A stretch of 6,456 nucleotides of DNA from Paraspadella gotoi (taxonomy: Eukaryota > Animalia > Chaetognatha): the NCBI GenBank assembly GCA_051294375.1, contig JBJCIZ010000127.1, positions 1-6,456 of the forward strand. Direction: 5' to 3'. A program made the translations under genes and the position numbers. Below the pieces are notes generated by a model. The model saw nothing but the letters and a program-made list of their open reading frames with translations. It was not told the DNA's origin and ran no database searches. Numbering within the stretch: position 1 is the stretch's first letter; each line of letters begins with the position of its first letter. This document shows, in pieces, positions 6,259 to 6,456 of this stretch.

Positions 6259-6456
6259 ATAATTTTTTTTGCATAAATTATCATAATTCGATGTTCTGAC
6301 ATGATGTAAGTGAATGCCCGACAAGATTGAGGGGGCGGACCGATGGACCGACAAAGTGAATTATAGAGTCGGGATCTGCTGAAAGCAGATCCAACTAAAA
6401 AGGTAAATTTTTAAAAGTCTAAATAAAATCATCACAGAGGAATGAAACCCGGAAAC

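Larger units (their letters stand above)
5587..6398 (-). mobile_element. Non-autonomous Helentron-associated (HINE/DINE-1-like) element
   Basis: On the minus strand: TTTTT-AG, a subTIR inside a hairpin (6372-6392), a (GTCY)n-like microsatellite (6211-6258), central repeats, a second subTIR (plus-strand GTCGGATCTAC 5607-5617, 9/11 inverted match to GCAGATCCAAC 6385-6395), a short hairpin (5592-5603) and a CTTGTT-TTT end. Both ends lie in T-tracts; no ORF. Confidence 0.7.

Noticed and set aside
5619-6285. 10-bp inverted pair TATGATAATT (5619-5628) / AATTATCATA (6276-6285) as MITE TIRs
   Set aside because: Short, AT-rich, no TSD and internal to the better-supported element; could be chance.
6372-6401. 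Hairpin plus A/T tract as a bacterial Rho-independent terminator
   Set aside because: Eukaryotic context with no gene ending there; the stem matches the subTIR at 5607-5617, so a transposon end explains it better.

Overview
Eukaryotic repeat DNA. Positions 1-5423 are an apparently intact Ty3/Gypsy (Metaviridae) LTR retrotransposon with CsRn1-lineage hallmarks. In order it has the last 11 nt of the 5' LTR, a tRNA-Trp-like PBS, gag (73-1203, C-X2-H-X9-C-X3-C knuckle), pol in the -1 frame (PR-RT-RNase H-IN-GPY/F, to 4751), a G-rich PPT and a complete 540-bp AT-rich 3' LTR (4884-5423, TGTGGAT...ATCCACA). Gag and pol are joined by a G_GGA_AAT slippery site followed by a predicted H-type pseudoknot that buries the gag stop codon. 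The AT-rich 3' flank carries what looks like a complete ~810-bp non-autonomous Helentron-type (HINE/DINE-1-like) element on the minus strand (~5587-6398), with sub-terminal inverted repeats, terminal hairpins, a (GTCY)n microsatellite and nested tandem repeats. I see no evidence of a wholly new system. The most interesting details are the frameshift pseudoknot, a D-G-G protease active site, a long integrase tail with a foamy-virus-like YxLRPR motif, and a long hairpin in the LTR. All calls come from reading the sequence; no searches or folding programs were run.
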